DNA of 64,000 nucleotides from Verrucomicrobiota bacterium. Its GTDB lineage: Bacteria > Verrucomicrobiota > Verrucomicrobiia > Limisphaerales > Palsa-1400. The notes beneath the pieces are model-generated. The model had not been told where the DNA came from and ran no database searches. It was given only the letters and a program-made list of their open reading frames with translations. Within the stretch, counting starts at the first letter, position 1, and every line of letters starts with the position of its first letter. Of the stretch, positions 36,394-48,079 are shown one piece after another. The position numbers were made by a program, and so were the translations under genes. The stretch lies in NCBI GenBank assembly GCA_049510745.1, contig JBEKYR010000006.1, forward strand, positions 126,511-190,510, given 5' to 3'.

Positions 36394-36692
36394 CCCGCGC
36401 CCCAATCCTGAGCGCTGTCCTCGTTTTCCTCACCCAAAGGGCGAAATTCGCCACGGAACGATTTCCGGCGGCGGCTGAGAGGTCAGTGGACCGGGGCAGT
36501 GCGTCCCTGCCGGGTAGGGGTTCCGCCGACGGGACGCCGGCGGGAGCGACCGAGACGGTCGCGCTCCTTAAAAGTCGCCAAGGGTTTGGGCGCCTCGCCA
36601 GTCCGTTGTGAAGAACTTGTGAAGCGTATGTCGGTAAGGTTTAATAACCCGATGCTGACAAGGCTTCCGCAAAGGAGTCTGCTGGCTTGACC

Positions 36693-38165
36693 ATGATTGA
36701 TTCCGTTCATCCCGAAACGGGCGGCGCGCCGGCCGATGCGAAGAAATCGCGCCGCAGAACGTCCGCCACCGCTGGCGCGCCCAAATTGGACCGCCTGCCG
36801 CCCCATTCCATCGAAGCCGAACAGGGCGTGCTGGGCTGCGTTCTGCTCTCGCCCAACGATTGCATGGGCGAGTGCATCGAAAAACTCAAGCCCGGCGAGT
36901 TGGTGTTTTACGATTTGCGCCATCAGACCCTTTTCCAGGCCCTGACGGAGATGTATGACCAAAAACAGGCCATTGATCTCATCACTGTGCAGCAATGGCT
37001 TAAGAACAAGCAGCAACTCGAGGGGGTGGGCGGCCTGGCGTATCTCTCCACGTTGCCCGATGCGGTGCCTTCGGCGGCCAATCTCCAGTATTATCTGGAC
37101 ATTGTCCTGGAGAAATATCTTTTGCGCAAGATGGTGCAGACTTGCACGGACATCGTCGGGCGGGTTTTTGATTATGAAGGGGAGGTGGAGGCGTTGATGG
37201 ACGAGGTGGAACGGGACATCCTGCGCATCGGCGAGGACCGCGTGGGCAGCGCCAGCCTGACGATCAAGGAACTGGTCAACCGGGCCATCACCAAAATCGA
37301 GGAGTATCACCACAACCAGGGCATGTTGACGGGCATCTCGACCGGTTTTACGGATTTTGACCGGATGACCACCGGCTTGCACGAAGGGGAAATGATTGTC
37401 GTGGCGGCCCGGCCCTCGGTGGGCAAGACCTCGCTGGCGATGAACATCGCCGAGCACGTGGCGCTGGAATTGAAGGTGCCGGTGGGGGTGTTCAGCCTGG
37501 AAATGACCGCCGAGCAACTGGTGCTGCGCATGCTCTGTTCGCGGTCCCGCGTGAACTTGCGCAGCATCCGCGACGGTTTCCTGGCCGAGCGCGATTTTCC
37601 CAAGCTGACGGGCGCGGCGGGCAAACTGGCGGGCGCGCCGCTCTTCGTCGATGACAGTTCGGCGCTGTCCATTCTGCAACTGCGGGCCAAGGCGCGGCGG
37701 CTGTGGCAGCAGTTTGGCATCAAATTGTTTGTCATTGACTACTTGCAACTGCTCCATTCTACTTCGCGGCGGGCGGAGAACCGCCAGCAGGAGATCGCGG
37801 AGATTTCCGGAGGCATCAAGGCCCTGGCGAAGGAATTGAAAGTGCCGGTGCTGGTGTTGAGCCAGCTTAACCGCGAGTTGGAAAAGCGCGGCCCCGGCGA
37901 GCGGCCGCGGCTGTCGGATTTGCGCGAGTCGGGCGCCATCGAGCAGGACGCCGATCTGGTTGGATTGCTCTACCGTGACACGAAAAACAAAGACGGGGAA
38001 GAAGACCCCGGCGAACAGGAACAAGACGCGATACCCGTGAAACTCTTTATTGCCAAACAACGCAACGGCCCCACTGGCGACGTCGATCTGACGTTCCTCA
38101 AGAGCTACACCCGCTTCGAGAGCGCCGCCAAAGTGAGCGCGGAGGATGTTCCCGCCGGCCAGTAA
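36693..38165 (+). CDS. dnaB: Replicative DNA helicase
   Basis: PPHSIEAEQ, AARPSVGKT, IDYLQL, LSQLNR, DLRESGAIEQDAD, KQRNGP; no intein. Confidence 0.98.
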   Translation: MIDSVHPETGGAPADAKKSRRRTSATAGAPKLDRLPPHSIEAEQGVLGCVLLSPNDCMGECIEKLKPGELVFYDLRHQTLFQALTEMYDQKQAIDLITVQQWLKNKQQLEGVGGLAYLSTLPDAVPSAANLQYYLDIVLEKYLLRKMVQTCTDIVGRVFDYEGEVEALMDEVERDILRIGEDRVGSASLTIKELVNRAITKIEEYHHNQGMLTGISTGFTDFDRMTTGLHEGEMIVVAARPSVGKTSLAMNIAEHVALELKVPVGVFSLEMTAEQLVLRMLCSRSRVNLRSIRDGFLAERDFPKLTGAAGKLAGAPLFVDDSSALSILQLRAKARRLWQQFGIKLFVIDYLQLLHSTSRRAENRQQEIAEISGGIKALAKELKVPVLVLSQLNRELEKRGPGERPRLSDLRESGAIEQDADLVGLLYRDTKNKDGEEDPGEQEQDAIPVKLFIAKQRNGPTGDVDLTFLKSYTRFESAAKVSAEDVPAGQ

Positions 38166-38168
38166 CGA

Positions 38169-40583
38169 ATGAAGACCCCGTTCCGTCTGGCGCTCCTGCT
38201 CTGGGTGGTGCTGCTGGCCTGGCCGTCGGCCGCCCCGGCGCAACTGGCCGAAACGCGCGTGGGCAAAATCCTCATCCGCCACGTCGGGCCGCCGGCCGTG
38301 AGCGATGAATTCATCCGGGACAACATCCGCACCAAGGTGGGGGATGTCTATGCGCGGGCCACGGTGGATGAAGACGTCAAGACGCTCTGGGGCACCGGCT
38401 ATTTCTTCAAAGTTCAGACCGACTTGCAGAACACGCCCGACGGGGTGGTTTTGACATACGTCGTCCAAGGAAAGCCGATCCTGACGGACATCAAGATCGT
38501 GGGGAACAAGAAGATGAGCCTGAAGAAGCTCAAGAAGAAGATCACCTCCAAAGTGGGCCAGCCGCTGGATGAGCGGAAAATCTTCGAGGACTCCCAGGCG
38601 ATGAAGGAGCTGTACGAGAAATCCGGCTACCAGAAGACGATCGTTGTGGCCCAGCCGCCGGTGATCGACGAGGCGGCGGGGCGGGGAACGGTCACCTTCG
38701 AGATACACGAGACGGCCAAGGTGCGGCTCAAGGACGTCGTTTTTGTCAACGCGAAGAACTTTCCCCAAAAGGAATTGCGCAAGGTGCTCAAGACGCGCCG
38801 GCATTGGATGTTCTCGTGGCTGACGGGCACGGGGGTGTTGAAAGAGGATGAGTTCGAGGATGACAAGGACAAGCTGGTCGAGTTTTACCAGGGCAAGGGC
38901 TACATCGACTTCGCCATCCAGGACGTGAAGTTTGATTACCTGACCCCGACCCGCATGGTGATCCGGTTCATCGTTTCAGAAGGGCGGCAGTACAAGGTGG
39001 GGATGCTGGACATCAAAGGGAACAAGCTGTTTTCGACAAACGATTTCATCAAAGGGGTGAAGATCGACCGGCAGTTGATGAAGCTCAAGCTGACGCCGGG
39101 CGCGACCTTCACGCCGGCGGATTTCAACGCGGACTTGGAGACATTGAGCGACATGTATGGATCGAAGGGGTATTTGGAACGGCAGCAGGGCGGCACCACC
39201 GTCATCGCGGGCAACCAGATCGCCAACCCGGCCAGCGGGAAAATGGATGTCTCCTACAACATCGAGGAAGGGGAGAAGTGCTACATCGAGAAGATCATAA
39301 TCAAAGGCAACGTCAAGACCAAGGACAAGGTCTTGCGGCGGGAGCTGGCCGTCTATCCCGGGGAAGTGTACGACATGGTGCGGGTCAAGATCAGCAAGCA
39401 GAAGCTGGAACAGATGGAGTATTTCGACAAAGTGGACACGCAGACGCAAGAGACCGACGTGCCCAACCGCAAAGACCTGGTCATCGGGGTGGAAGAGCGC
39501 AACACCGGCAACGTCACTGTTGGCGCCGGCTTCAGCTCGGTGGAGAGCCTGGTCGGCTTTGTCGAACTCAAACAGGGGAATTTCGACCTGTTCAATCCGC
39601 CGACTTTCACGGGGGCGGGGCAGAAGTTCCAGATACGCGCGTCGGTGGGGACGTATTTGCAGGATTACGAGATCTCGTTCGTCGAGCCGTGGTTTTTGGG
39701 CCAGCAATTAAGCCTCGGAGTCGATTTGTTCCATCGCCTGCTGGATTACAACAGCTTGAACAACATGTATGACGAAACGTTTGACGGCGGGACGGTCAGC
39801 CTGACCAAGGCGTTAGGCTCCCAGTTTCTCAAGGGGACCGTCAGCTACACGATGGAGCAGGCGCATGTCTCGATCAATTCGGGGTTCAGCACCAATGCCG
39901 TGGGCACCAACGTGCCGAACATTTCCACCAACATTTACGATGAACGCGGCAGTTACTTCATTTCCAAAGTCGGACTGACCCTCGCCTACGACACCCGCAA
40001 CAATTTCCGCATGCCCGATGCCGGACAGGTGACGGAAATAACCAGCGAAGTGGCCACGCCGCCGGGCGACACCTATTTTTACAAACTGGAGCTGCGCACG
40101 AGCTGGTTTTTCAAGGGCTTTCGACCGGGCCACATCCTGGAACTCGATGGCCGCAGCGGCGTCGTTTCGGCCTACAGCGATTCGACCCGCGTGCCGATTT
40201 TCGAGCGTTGGTTTTTGGGCGGCCTCTACTCGCTGCGCGGTTACAAGTACCAGACGGTCGGCCCGGAGGACCAGTTCGGCGAGCCGTTGGGAGGCGACAC
40301 CTATTTCTTTGGCTCGGCCGAATACAGCATCCCCATCATCAAGATGATTCGTTTTGCCATGTTTTATGACATCGGTAATGTTTATTCCGACTCCTACAGT
40401 TTCAATCCCGGCCCCCATCGCCGGGAATACACCGACGACGCCGGCCTGGGTTTGCGCATCATCCTGCCCCTGGGCGGAGGCACCCCAATTCGGCTGGACT
40501 ACGGCGTGCCGATCACGCATGATCCCAATTTGGGCAACTCAGGAAAGTTCCAGTTTGGTTTTGGCTACACACGCCAGTTTTAA
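38169..40583 (+). CDS. bamA: Outer membrane protein assembly factor
   Basis: POTRA repeats, LRGY motif, C-terminal F. Confidence 0.93.
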   Translation: MKTPFRLALLLWVVLLAWPSAAPAQLAETRVGKILIRHVGPPAVSDEFIRDNIRTKVGDVYARATVDEDVKTLWGTGYFFKVQTDLQNTPDGVVLTYVVQGKPILTDIKIVGNKKMSLKKLKKKITSKVGQPLDERKIFEDSQAMKELYEKSGYQKTIVVAQPPVIDEAAGRGTVTFEIHETAKVRLKDVVFVNAKNFPQKELRKVLKTRRHWMFSWLTGTGVLKEDEFEDDKDKLVEFYQGKGYIDFAIQDVKFDYLTPTRMVIRFIVSEGRQYKVGMLDIKGNKLFSTNDFIKGVKIDRQLMKLKLTPGATFTPADFNADLETLSDMYGSKGYLERQQGGTTVIAGNQIANPASGKMDVSYNIEEGEKCYIEKIIIKGNVKTKDKVLRRELAVYPGEVYDMVRVKISKQKLEQMEYFDKVDTQTQETDVPNRKDLVIGVEERNTGNVTVGAGFSSVESLVGFVELKQGNFDLFNPPTFTGAGQKFQIRASVGTYLQDYEISFVEPWFLGQQLSLGVDLFHRLLDYNSLNNMYDETFDGGTVSLTKALGSQFLKGTVSYTMEQAHVSINSGFSTNAVGTNVPNISTNIYDERGSYFISKVGLTLAYDTRNNFRMPDAGQVTEITSEVATPPGDTYFYKLELRTSWFFKGFRPGHILELDGRSGVVSAYSDSTRVPIFERWFLGGLYSLRGYKYQTVGPEDQFGEPLGGDTYFFGSAEYSIPIIKMIRFAMFYDIGNVYSDSYSFNPGPHRREYTDDAGLGLRIILPLGGGTPIRLDYGVPITHDPNLGNSGKFQFGFGYTRQF

Positions 40584-40588
40584 TTCGC

Positions 40589-41230
40589 ATGAAAAAAGTG
40601 ATTCAATCTCTCGTGATGGCGGCGGGGTTGGTGTGCTGGCCGCACAGCGCCCCGGCCGCCGACCCAAAAATCGCCACGGTCGATCTCGGCAAGGTCTTCG
40701 ACAAGTACTATAAAACCATCCAGTCCAGCGCCTCCCTCAAACTGGAAGCCAGCGACATGGAGAAGGAGCGCGCGCAGATGGTCGATGCCGAGAAAAAGCA
40801 CGAGGACGAATGGAGAGGCCTCATCGACAAAGCCAATGACCAGGCCGTCTCCGCCGAGGCGCGCGAACAAAGCAAAAAGGCCGCCGGCGAAAAATACTCC
40901 GAGCTGGAGAGCGACAAACAATCCATCAACGAGTTCGACCGCGTCGCCAACACCCGGCTGCGCGAAAAACTGCGCCAGCGCCACGACGACATCGTCAAGG
41001 AGATTCTCGGCGTGCTCACCGCCGACGCCAAAGCCGCCGGCTACACGATGGTGCTGGATGTTTCCGGCGCCAGCGCCAACACGACGCCGGTCGTCCTTTA
41101 TTCCAACGGCCAGAATGATATGACCGAAGCTCTGATCAAAGAGCTTAACAGCGCCGCCCCGCCCGGTTCGTTGGAGACCAACTCCGCCACCGCCACCGCT
41201 GTCACCAATCTGCCGGCCAAGGCCAAGTAG
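40589..41230 (+). CDS. skp: OmpH/Skp periplasmic chaperone
   Basis: [11 protein letters not shown], coiled coil, GYTMVLD; directly after bamA. Confidence 0.88.
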   Translation: MKKVIQSLVMAAGLVCWPHSAPAADPKIATVDLGKVFDKYYKTIQSSASLKLEASDMEKERAQMVDAEKKHEDEWRGLIDKANDQAVSAEAREQSKKAAGEKYSELESDKQSINEFDRVANTRLREKLRQRHDDIVKEILGVLTADAKAAGYTMVLDVSGASANTTPVVLYSNGQNDMTEALIKELNSAAPPGSLETNSATATAVTNLPAKAK

Positions 41231-41280
41231 CCCACTCACATGGCTTGACAGCCGGGACGGAAGGGCAGACTTTTTCCGGT

Positions 41281-43923
41281 ATGGATCTGGAAAAGCTGAC
41301 AATCAAAGCGCAGGAGGCGCTCAAGGAAGCCCAGGAAGTGGCCCGGCGCCATTCCAACCAGGAGTTGGACACCGAACATTTGCTGGCCGCCCTCCTGGGA
41401 CAACCCGAGAGCCTGGTGCCCGCCCTCTTGCAAAAACTGGCTGTGGTGCCGGCCGGCCTGGCTGCCGTCGTCCAGCAGGAAATCGACCGCAAAGCCAAAG
41501 TTCAAGGCGACTCCGCCGTCGATTTGTTTCCCAGCCCGGCTTTCAAGAAAACCCTCGCCGCCGCCGCCTCCGAGGCCGCCAAACTCCGGGACGACTACAT
41601 CAGCACCGAACACCTGCTGCTGGGCCTGCTGGACCAGGGCGGCCCCGCGCTCAAAAAAATCTTCCAGGCCCACGGCCTCAAGCGTGAGACCGTCCTGCAA
41701 GGCTTGGCGGACTTGCGCGGCAACCAGCGCGTGACGGACCCGAACCCCGAGGACAAATTCCAGGCCCTGGATAAATACGGTCGCGACCTGACGGCGCTGG
41801 CCCGCGCCGGCAAGATCGATCCGGTCATCGGCCGCAACGAGGAAATCCGCCGCGTCATGCAAGTGCTGACCCGGCGCACGAAAAACAATCCCGTTCTCAT
41901 CGGCGAGCCGGGCACGGGCAAAACCGCCATCGTCGAGGGCCTGGCCCGCCGGATTGTCAGCGGCGACGTGCCCGAATCACTGAAAGACAAGCGCCTGGTG
42001 GCAATGGACCTCGGGGCCATGATCGCGGGCGCCAAGTACCGCGGCGAATTTGAGGACCGCCTCAAGGCCTTCCTCAAAGAGATCACCGCCAGCGAGGGCC
42101 GGGTCCTGCTCTTTATCGACGAACTGCACAGCATTGTCGGCGCGGGAGCGGCCGAGGGCGCCAACGACGCCTCGAACATGCTCAAACCGCCGCTGGCCCG
42201 GGGCGAGTTGCGCTGCATCGGCGCCACCACCCTGGATGAATTCCGCAAGCACATCGAAAAGGACCCCGCCCTCGAACGCCGGTTCCAGCCCGTTTATGTG
42301 GAGGAGCCGAGCGTCGAGGAAACCATCGCCATTTTGCGCGGCCTCAAGGAACGCTACGAAGTCCATCACGGCATCCGCATCCAGGACGCCGCCCTGGTCG
42401 CCGCCGCGACGCTCTCGCACCGCTACATCGCCGACCGTTTCCTGCCGGACAAGGCGGTCGATTTGATGGACGAAGCGGCCTCGCGGCTGCGGATGGAATT
42501 GGACTCGATGCCGGCGGAGATCGACCAGATCGAACGGCGCCTGCGCCAGTTGGAAATCGAGCAAACCGCCCTGCGCAAGGAAAAGGACGAGGCCTCCCGC
42601 CAGCGTCTCAAGGTCCTGGAACGCGAGCTGGCCAACTTGCGGGAGCAATCCGGCCAGCTCAAGGCCCAGTGGCAAAACGAGAAGGCCGCCATCAACGCCA
42701 TTTCCATCCTCAACGGCCAGCTCGAGGAAGCCCGTCAACAACACGAAGCCGCCCAGCGTTCCGGCGACCTGAACCTCGCCGCCCAGATTCAATACGGCCG
42801 AATCCCGGACTTGCAGAAGAAACTGGCCGCGGCGGAGAAACAATTCAGCCAGCGCCCCGGCAAGCGCCTGCTGAACGAGGAGGTGACCGGGGAGGACATC
42901 GCCCGGGTCGTCGCCGCCTGGACCGGCATCCCCGTCACCCGCCTGCTGGAGGGCGAACGGGAAAAGCTGGTGCATATGGAAGAACGCCTGCGGGAGCGCG
43001 TCGTCAACCAGGACGAGGCCGTCAGCGCGGTGGCCAACGCCGTGCGCCGCGCCCGCAGCGGCCTGCAGGACCCCAACCGGCCCGCCGGCTCGTTTATTTT
43101 CCTCGGCCCCACCGGCGTGGGCAAAACCGAGCTGGCCCGCGCCCTGGCGGAATTTTTATTTGACGACGAGAACGCCATGGTGCGCATCGACATGAGCGAA
43201 TACATGGAGCGGCACGCGGTGGCGCGCCTGCTGGGGGCGCCGCCGGGGTACGTCGGCTACGAGGAAGGCGGCCAGTTGAGCGAAGCCGTCCGCCGCCGCC
43301 CTTACAGCGTGGTGCTGCTGGACGAAATCGAAAAGGCGCACCCGGACGTTTTCAACGTGCTGCTGCAAGTGCTGGACGACGGCCGGCTGACCGACGGCCA
43401 GGGGCGCACGGTCGATTTCAAAAACACGCTCATCATCATGACCAGCAACATCGGCTCGCCCCTCATCCAGGAATTCTACTCGACAGGCGCCGCCGGCGGG
43501 GCGGCCCAAGACCAAGCCCGGATGGAGGAACTGGTCCGCGCCGAACTCAAGCAGCGTTTCCGGCCCGAATTCCTCAACCGGGTCGATGACATCATCATTT
43601 TTCACAGCCTGGACGAGAAGCAACTGGGCAAAATCGTGGAGATACAACTACAGCGGCTGCGCGCCCGCCTGGCCCTCCAGCAACTCACCCTGGAGGTCGA
43701 TGCCGCCGCCGCCCGCCACCTGGCCCGGGAGGGCTTCGACCCGCAGTTCGGCGCCCGCCCGCTCAAGCGCGCCATCCAGCGGTTGTTGCTGGACCCGCTG
43801 GCCCTGAAACTGCTCGACGGCGAATTCAAAACCGGCGACCGGATCAAGGCCACCGTTGAGGATGGCCAAATAAAATTTCAACGGCAGGAAAAAGTGGTTG
43901 CGCACAACCCGGGAATCAAGTAG
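41281..43923 (+). CDS. clpB: ATP-dependent chaperone ClpB
   Basis: GEPGTGKT and GPTGVGKT Walker A motifs, long middle coiled coil, GARPLKR. Confidence 0.97.
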   Translation: MDLEKLTIKAQEALKEAQEVARRHSNQELDTEHLLAALLGQPESLVPALLQKLAVVPAGLAAVVQQEIDRKAKVQGDSAVDLFPSPAFKKTLAAAASEAAKLRDDYISTEHLLLGLLDQGGPALKKIFQAHGLKRETVLQGLADLRGNQRVTDPNPEDKFQALDKYGRDLTALARAGKIDPVIGRNEEIRRVMQVLTRRTKNNPVLIGEPGTGKTAIVEGLARRIVSGDVPESLKDKRLVAMDLGAMIAGAKYRGEFEDRLKAFLKEITASEGRVLLFIDELHSIVGAGAAEGANDASNMLKPPLARGELRCIGATTLDEFRKHIEKDPALERRFQPVYVEEPSVEETIAILRGLKERYEVHHGIRIQDAALVAAATLSHRYIADRFLPDKAVDLMDEAASRLRMELDSMPAEIDQIERRLRQLEIEQTALRKEKDEASRQRLKVLERELANLREQSGQLKAQWQNEKAAINAISILNGQLEEARQQHEAAQRSGDLNLAAQIQYGRIPDLQKKLAAAEKQFSQRPGKRLLNEEVTGEDIARVVAAWTGIPVTRLLEGEREKLVHMEERLRERVVNQDEAVSAVANAVRRARSGLQDPNRPAGSFIFLGPTGVGKTELARALAEFLFDDENAMVRIDMSEYMERHAVARLLGAPPGYVGYEEGGQLSEAVRRRPYSVVLLDEIEKAHPDVFNVLLQVLDDGRLTDGQGRTVDFKNTLIIMTSNIGSPLIQEFYSTGAAGGAAQDQARMEELVRAELKQRFRPEFLNRVDDIIIFHSLDEKQLGKIVEIQLQRLRARLALQQLTLEVDAAAARHLAREGFDPQFGARPLKRAIQRLLLDPLALKLLDGEFKTGDRIKATVEDGQIKFQRQEKVVAHNPGIK

Positions 43924-44015
43924 CGTGTGGAAAGTCGGGTGCGTTCAGGTTGTCCGGTTCGGTGACCTGACATGAGGATTCAGGGAGGGGTGTCACTGTT
44001 GTTGTTTTTTCAATC

Positions 44016-44954
44016 ATGCCTTATTTTTTCAGAACCAAATACAGGGACGGGTGTTTGGGGGCTGGCCTGGCCGTTGTCTCCCGTCCCCGCCGCGGCTTCA
44101 CGCTGATTGAATTGCTGGTGGTCATTGCCATCATCGCCATCCTGGCGGCGCTCCTGTTGCCGGCTTTGGCCAGAGCCAAGGCCAGCGGCCAAACGACCCG
44201 GTGCTTGAGCAACCTCCGGCAACTGGGCATCGCCTGGACCGGCTACGCCAGCGACTTCAGGGATTTTCTGGTCAACAACCATACCTCGGGCAACGCCGAT
44301 TGCGGCCCCTCGGCCTGGGTCACTTCGGGCTCGCTGCTGGGCGTCGCCACCTGGACGGGCAATGCGCGGGTGGACACCAACAACTATGCGATCATAAAAG
44401 GGTTTCTTTACCCGTATAATTCCAGCGCCGGCATTTATGTCTGTCCCGCGGACCATTCGAGTTGCGATGGTTTTCCGGGTCTCCCGCGCAATCGGAGCTA
44501 CTCCATGAGCACCGGGATGGCCTGGGCCGATGAGAACAATTCCACCACCAACGGTTCTTACGTCAGAATGTCCGCCATGCATCTGCCCCCGCCCGCTCGC
44601 GCCTCGGTCTTTCTCGACGAGGCGGAAAACTCGATCGACAATAACGCCTTGGGCATTTATTGCGGGGTCCTGATCAACAACAACACGGCCATTCAAACGT
44701 CCGGCACCGGCGTGCAGGCGTATTGGAATCTGCCCGCCAGCCGGCACAACAACGGATGTAATCTTTCCTTTGCCGACGCCCATGTTGAGCATTGGCAGTG
44801 GCTCTGCTCCTGGATCGTCCAGGACAACGCGATTCCCGATCCGGAAACCGCCGGCAGCACCATCGGTCCCGGCTGGGGCGCTTCCAGTCCCGGCGTTCCT
44901 CCAGACAGGGACCTCGGCAAACTGATGCTGACAACACCCGTCTTTGCACAATGA
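44016..44954 (+). CDS. Prepilin-type N-terminal cleavage protein (DUF1559/H-X9-DG family)
   Basis: [26 protein letters not shown]-terminal [14 protein letters not shown]. Confidence 0.9.
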   Translation: MPYFFRTKYRDGCLGAGLAVVSRPRRGFTLIELLVVIAIIAILAALLLPALARAKASGQTTRCLSNLRQLGIAWTGYASDFRDFLVNNHTSGNADCGPSAWVTSGSLLGVATWTGNARVDTNNYAIIKGFLYPYNSSAGIYVCPADHSSCDGFPGLPRNRSYSMSTGMAWADENNSTTNGSYVRMSAMHLPPPARASVFLDEAENSIDNNALGIYCGVLINNNTAIQTSGTGVQAYWNLPASRHNNGCNLSFADAHVEHWQWLCSWIVQDNAIPDPETAGSTIGPGWGASSPGVPPDRDLGKLMLTTPVFAQ

Positions 44955-45053
44955 TCCGCCCATCGCTTTATCCCATTTCCCGGCACAGCCTTCTCTACTG
45001 AAATCCAAAACCCCCAGTTACCGAATCCCATAAACGTCAAACCCTGCAAACCT

Positions 45054-47729
45054 ATGAAACTCACCGAGACACGCCCAACCGTTCCCCGCCGCCACCGCAA
45101 TCCCCTCAAGTCGTGGGGACCGCCGCTGCTGGCGGCCTGTTGCCTGGCCGCTTGTTGCTTCCAGGCAAAGGCCCAAACCTATAACCTGTCCAACACCTGG
45201 GCGCTGGCCGGCGCCACCCAAAACCTGGACACCGCCAACGACAACCGCGGCATATGCTACAACATCGCCAGCAACCAAGTCATCGTCAACAACAAGAGCA
45301 CGCACGTCATGACGGCTTATGACGGAGGCACCGGCGTCTCCAACTTCGTCGTCAATAGCAGCGGCCTTTCCGGCGGTAATTTCACCTTGAACAAACTCGG
45401 CTTTGCCAGCGACGGCATCCTCTACGGCGCCAACTTGAACACCACCGTCAGTCCAAGCTCCGCTTACAAAATATACTCATGGACGAACCTTTCGGTGGCG
45501 CCCTACAACTGCTACGCCACCACGGGAAGCGACGCGCTCGGGGTGTTCTCCGCACTCCCTCCCGGCACCTCCAAGCGCCTGGGTGACACCTGGGCCATCA
45601 CCGGCGGCGGCACCAACACCTTGATCCTGGCGGGCATGGCCTCCACAAATGCCTTTGCCCTCTTCTACACCACCGACGGCGTGAATTTCACACCCACTAT
45701 TATCACCGTCCCTCTTGCCCAACTTCCCGCCCCCGGCAGCGGCGTGCAATTTGGGCTTTGCTTCTATACCAACAACACCTTTCTCATCAACCCCAACGCC
45801 AGCGGTGGCAGCGGCAATCTTTATCTCGTCCAATTTCCGGCGAATTATGAAACCGCGGCCAGCCCGTTGACGGCGACCGTCCTGGCCACCAATGCGGGCC
45901 TGAGCGGCGATTGGCTGGACCTTTCCTACAGCGCGTCCGCCGGATTGCTGGCGACGCATGGCAATGCGGCCTCTCCCTCTTTCATTAATCTCTACAGTTT
46001 GCCGGCCACCAACTTTTCCGGCATGGCTTTGCTGGCCACAACGAATCTTTCCTTCACCACCACCCAAGGCATCAACGGCAATGAAACCGGAGACATCGCG
46101 CTGGGCGGCGCGGGCTATTCCAACGCAGTTTATACTTTGGACACCAGCGCCGGGCTTCAGGCGTCGGTGATCCTTTTCACCGCCGCTCCCATCTCCCCGT
46201 CCATCAGCGTCGAGCCTGTCGGTGGCGCGGCCTTCACCAATGTCGGCTCGTTCACTTTCTCCGTCGGCGCCACCGGCACGCAACCGCTGTCTTACCTTTG
46301 GCAGTACAACACGGTCAGCAACCTGGCGACGGCTGCGGACATTTCCGGCGCGACCAATTCCACCTACACCATCAGTCCTCTGACCACCAATGCCTCGGGA
46401 TGGTACGACGTGATCGTTTCCAATGTCGGCGGCGTCACTTCCAGCATTCCGGCGCAATTGACGGTCTATGTTCCTTCGGCCAGTTCTTCCTTCACCAACC
46501 TCTGGAATCTGGCCCCCGGCTCGCGGCCTTACCTGGGGGGACTCGACACTTACGATACCCGGGGCCTGGCTTTCGATACCAACACCATGACCCTGCTGGT
46601 GGCGGACAAGAACGGTTCGGAAACCGGCATTTTTGTGATAAGCGCCACTAACGGCAGCGACCTCTTTGCTCTCAACACCATCGGCATCGGCGTCAGCGGC
46701 GACCAGTTTCCCTTGGACCAGGTCGGCGTGGGAGACGACGGCGTGGTCTATGCCTGCAACCTTTACGACACCGGCAGCAGTGCCGGCACGTTCGCCATCT
46801 TTAGCTGGTCCAGTGTGACTAATACTGTGACTCCGCAGTTTGCGTACGGTCCGGGAGACCCCAGCGCGCCCGGCATTCAAGATCGATGGGGCGATACGAT
46901 GGCCGTGCGCGGGGCGGGCGTCAATACGGAGATCCTGCTGGGAAGCTATTACGGCTTTCTCAGCGGACCGTCCACCAACGCCGTCCTTTTGACCACGACA
47001 GATGGTTCCACTTTCACCTCGACGGCTCTGAGCATTACCAACGCGGCCGGGGTTCCGGCGGGCTTTTGCAGTCTGGGCATCTGCTTCGGAGTGGGCAACA
47101 CATTCTGGAGCAAGAGTCCCGGCTACGATCTGCGCGAAATCGCCTTCGATCCGGCGACCGGCAACTGCAATGTTCTGCTGGACTTGCCCGCCGGCGCCAG
47201 CGGCAATTCCAGCTTCAGCTCCATGTCCGCCATTTGCCTGGATCCGGTCAACAATATCCTGACCGGCATCACCTTCAACGACGTTCCCAACGACCTGGCG
47301 GTGTACCAACTCTACGGCCCGCCGGCGGCGACCCTGGCCATTCCGCCGCTCCTTGTGGACCAGGCCTTTTTCCCGTCCAACATCGGCAACAGCCAGGACA
47401 ACGGCGTAACCATCATCAAAGCCCCCTACATCTTCGGGCTTGACGTCAACAATGGAATTACGGCCCTGACTTATGCCCCGCCGCCCGGCCCGGCGCTTCC
47501 GCCCTTCAGCATCACCGCCATCGCCAATCAGGCCGGCACGGGCGTGACCCTCACCTGGCAATCCTACGCCGGGGTGAATTACCAGGTGGAATCCACCGGC
47601 GCTTTCCGGGGAACCCACACGGTCTGGACGCCGCTCGGCCCGCCCGTCACAGCCACAAATACGACGGCCTCCGCCACGGACATTAATCCGTCCGGCGCCG
47701 CCCGTTTCTACCAGGTTGTGATCCCGTAG
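45054..47729 (+). CDS. Secreted Ser/Thr/Asn-rich protein: two related beta-rich domains flanking an Ig domain, with C-terminal LTW...RFY domain
   Basis: Repeated RGI/RGL, DGxxY and GDTxA motifs; Ig motif GTQPLSYLWQ...GWYDVIVSN. Confidence 0.75.
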   Translation: MKLTETRPTVPRRHRNPLKSWGPPLLAACCLAACCFQAKAQTYNLSNTWALAGATQNLDTANDNRGICYNIASNQVIVNNKSTHVMTAYDGGTGVSNFVVNSSGLSGGNFTLNKLGFASDGILYGANLNTTVSPSSAYKIYSWTNLSVAPYNCYATTGSDALGVFSALPPGTSKRLGDTWAITGGGTNTLILAGMASTNAFALFYTTDGVNFTPTIITVPLAQLPAPGSGVQFGLCFYTNNTFLINPNASGGSGNLYLVQFPANYETAASPLTATVLATNAGLSGDWLDLSYSASAGLLATHGNAASPSFINLYSLPATNFSGMALLATTNLSFTTTQGINGNETGDIALGGAGYSNAVYTLDTSAGLQASVILFTAAPISPSISVEPVGGAAFTNVGSFTFSVGATGTQPLSYLWQYNTVSNLATAADISGATNSTYTISPLTTNASGWYDVIVSNVGGVTSSIPAQLTVYVPSASSSFTNLWNLAPGSRPYLGGLDTYDTRGLAFDTNTMTLLVADKNGSETGIFVISATNGSDLFALNTIGIGVSGDQFPLDQVGVGDDGVVYACNLYDTGSSAGTFAIFSWSSVTNTVTPQFAYGPGDPSAPGIQDRWGDTMAVRGAGVNTEILLGSYYGFLSGPSTNAVLLTTTDGSTFTSTALSITNAAGVPAGFCSLGICFGVGNTFWSKSPGYDLREIAFDPATGNCNVLLDLPAGASGNSSFSSMSAICLDPVNNILTGITFNDVPNDLAVYQLYGPPAATLAIPPLLVDQAFFPSNIGNSQDNGVTIIKAPYIFGLDVNNGITALTYAPPPGPALPPFSITAIANQAGTGVTLTWQSYAGVNYQVESTGAFRGTHTVWTPLGPPVTATNTTASATDINPSGAARFYQVVIP

Positions 47730-47753
47730 GGGCGCGAAATTGAATTCATGCAG

Positions 47754-47787
47754 CCGCGCCGCCGGCGCCAACCGGCGGCGCGGTTTT
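47754..47787 (+). terminator. Rho-independent terminator
   Basis: 12-bp stem ccgcgccgccgg/ccggcggcgcgg followed by TTTT. Confidence 0.65.
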
Positions 47788-48079
47788 CGCGGGTTCTTGA
47801 GCGCCGGCCCGCGTGGTTCCTTTCTCCCTCGTCCCCTCACCGCCCGCGGGCGGAAGTTTCGCGGAAGTGTTTGAGGGTGACGCCGGTGGCGTTTTTGAAG
47901 GCGACGGAAAAGGTGTTGGTGCTTTGATATTGCGATGAAGCCGGTGCACGTGGCCGTGCGCAATTATCTATTTTTTGACAGCCATGTGGGAAACAAGCGG
48001 GTCAACGGCCACGAAAACTTCTGATGTGACGAGTATTTCAGCTTCGTCTTGAGGGCGCGGGGGCGTTACGCTCTGAGGG

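Noticed and set aside
36488..36567. Hairpins upstream of dnaB as a riboswitch
   Set aside because: GCGACCG-aga-CGGTCGC looks like a single REP-like palindrome with no aptamer motif I recognise.
36693..38165. Intein in dnaB (also checked dnaE2)
   Set aside because: Lengths are normal and the motifs are contiguous.
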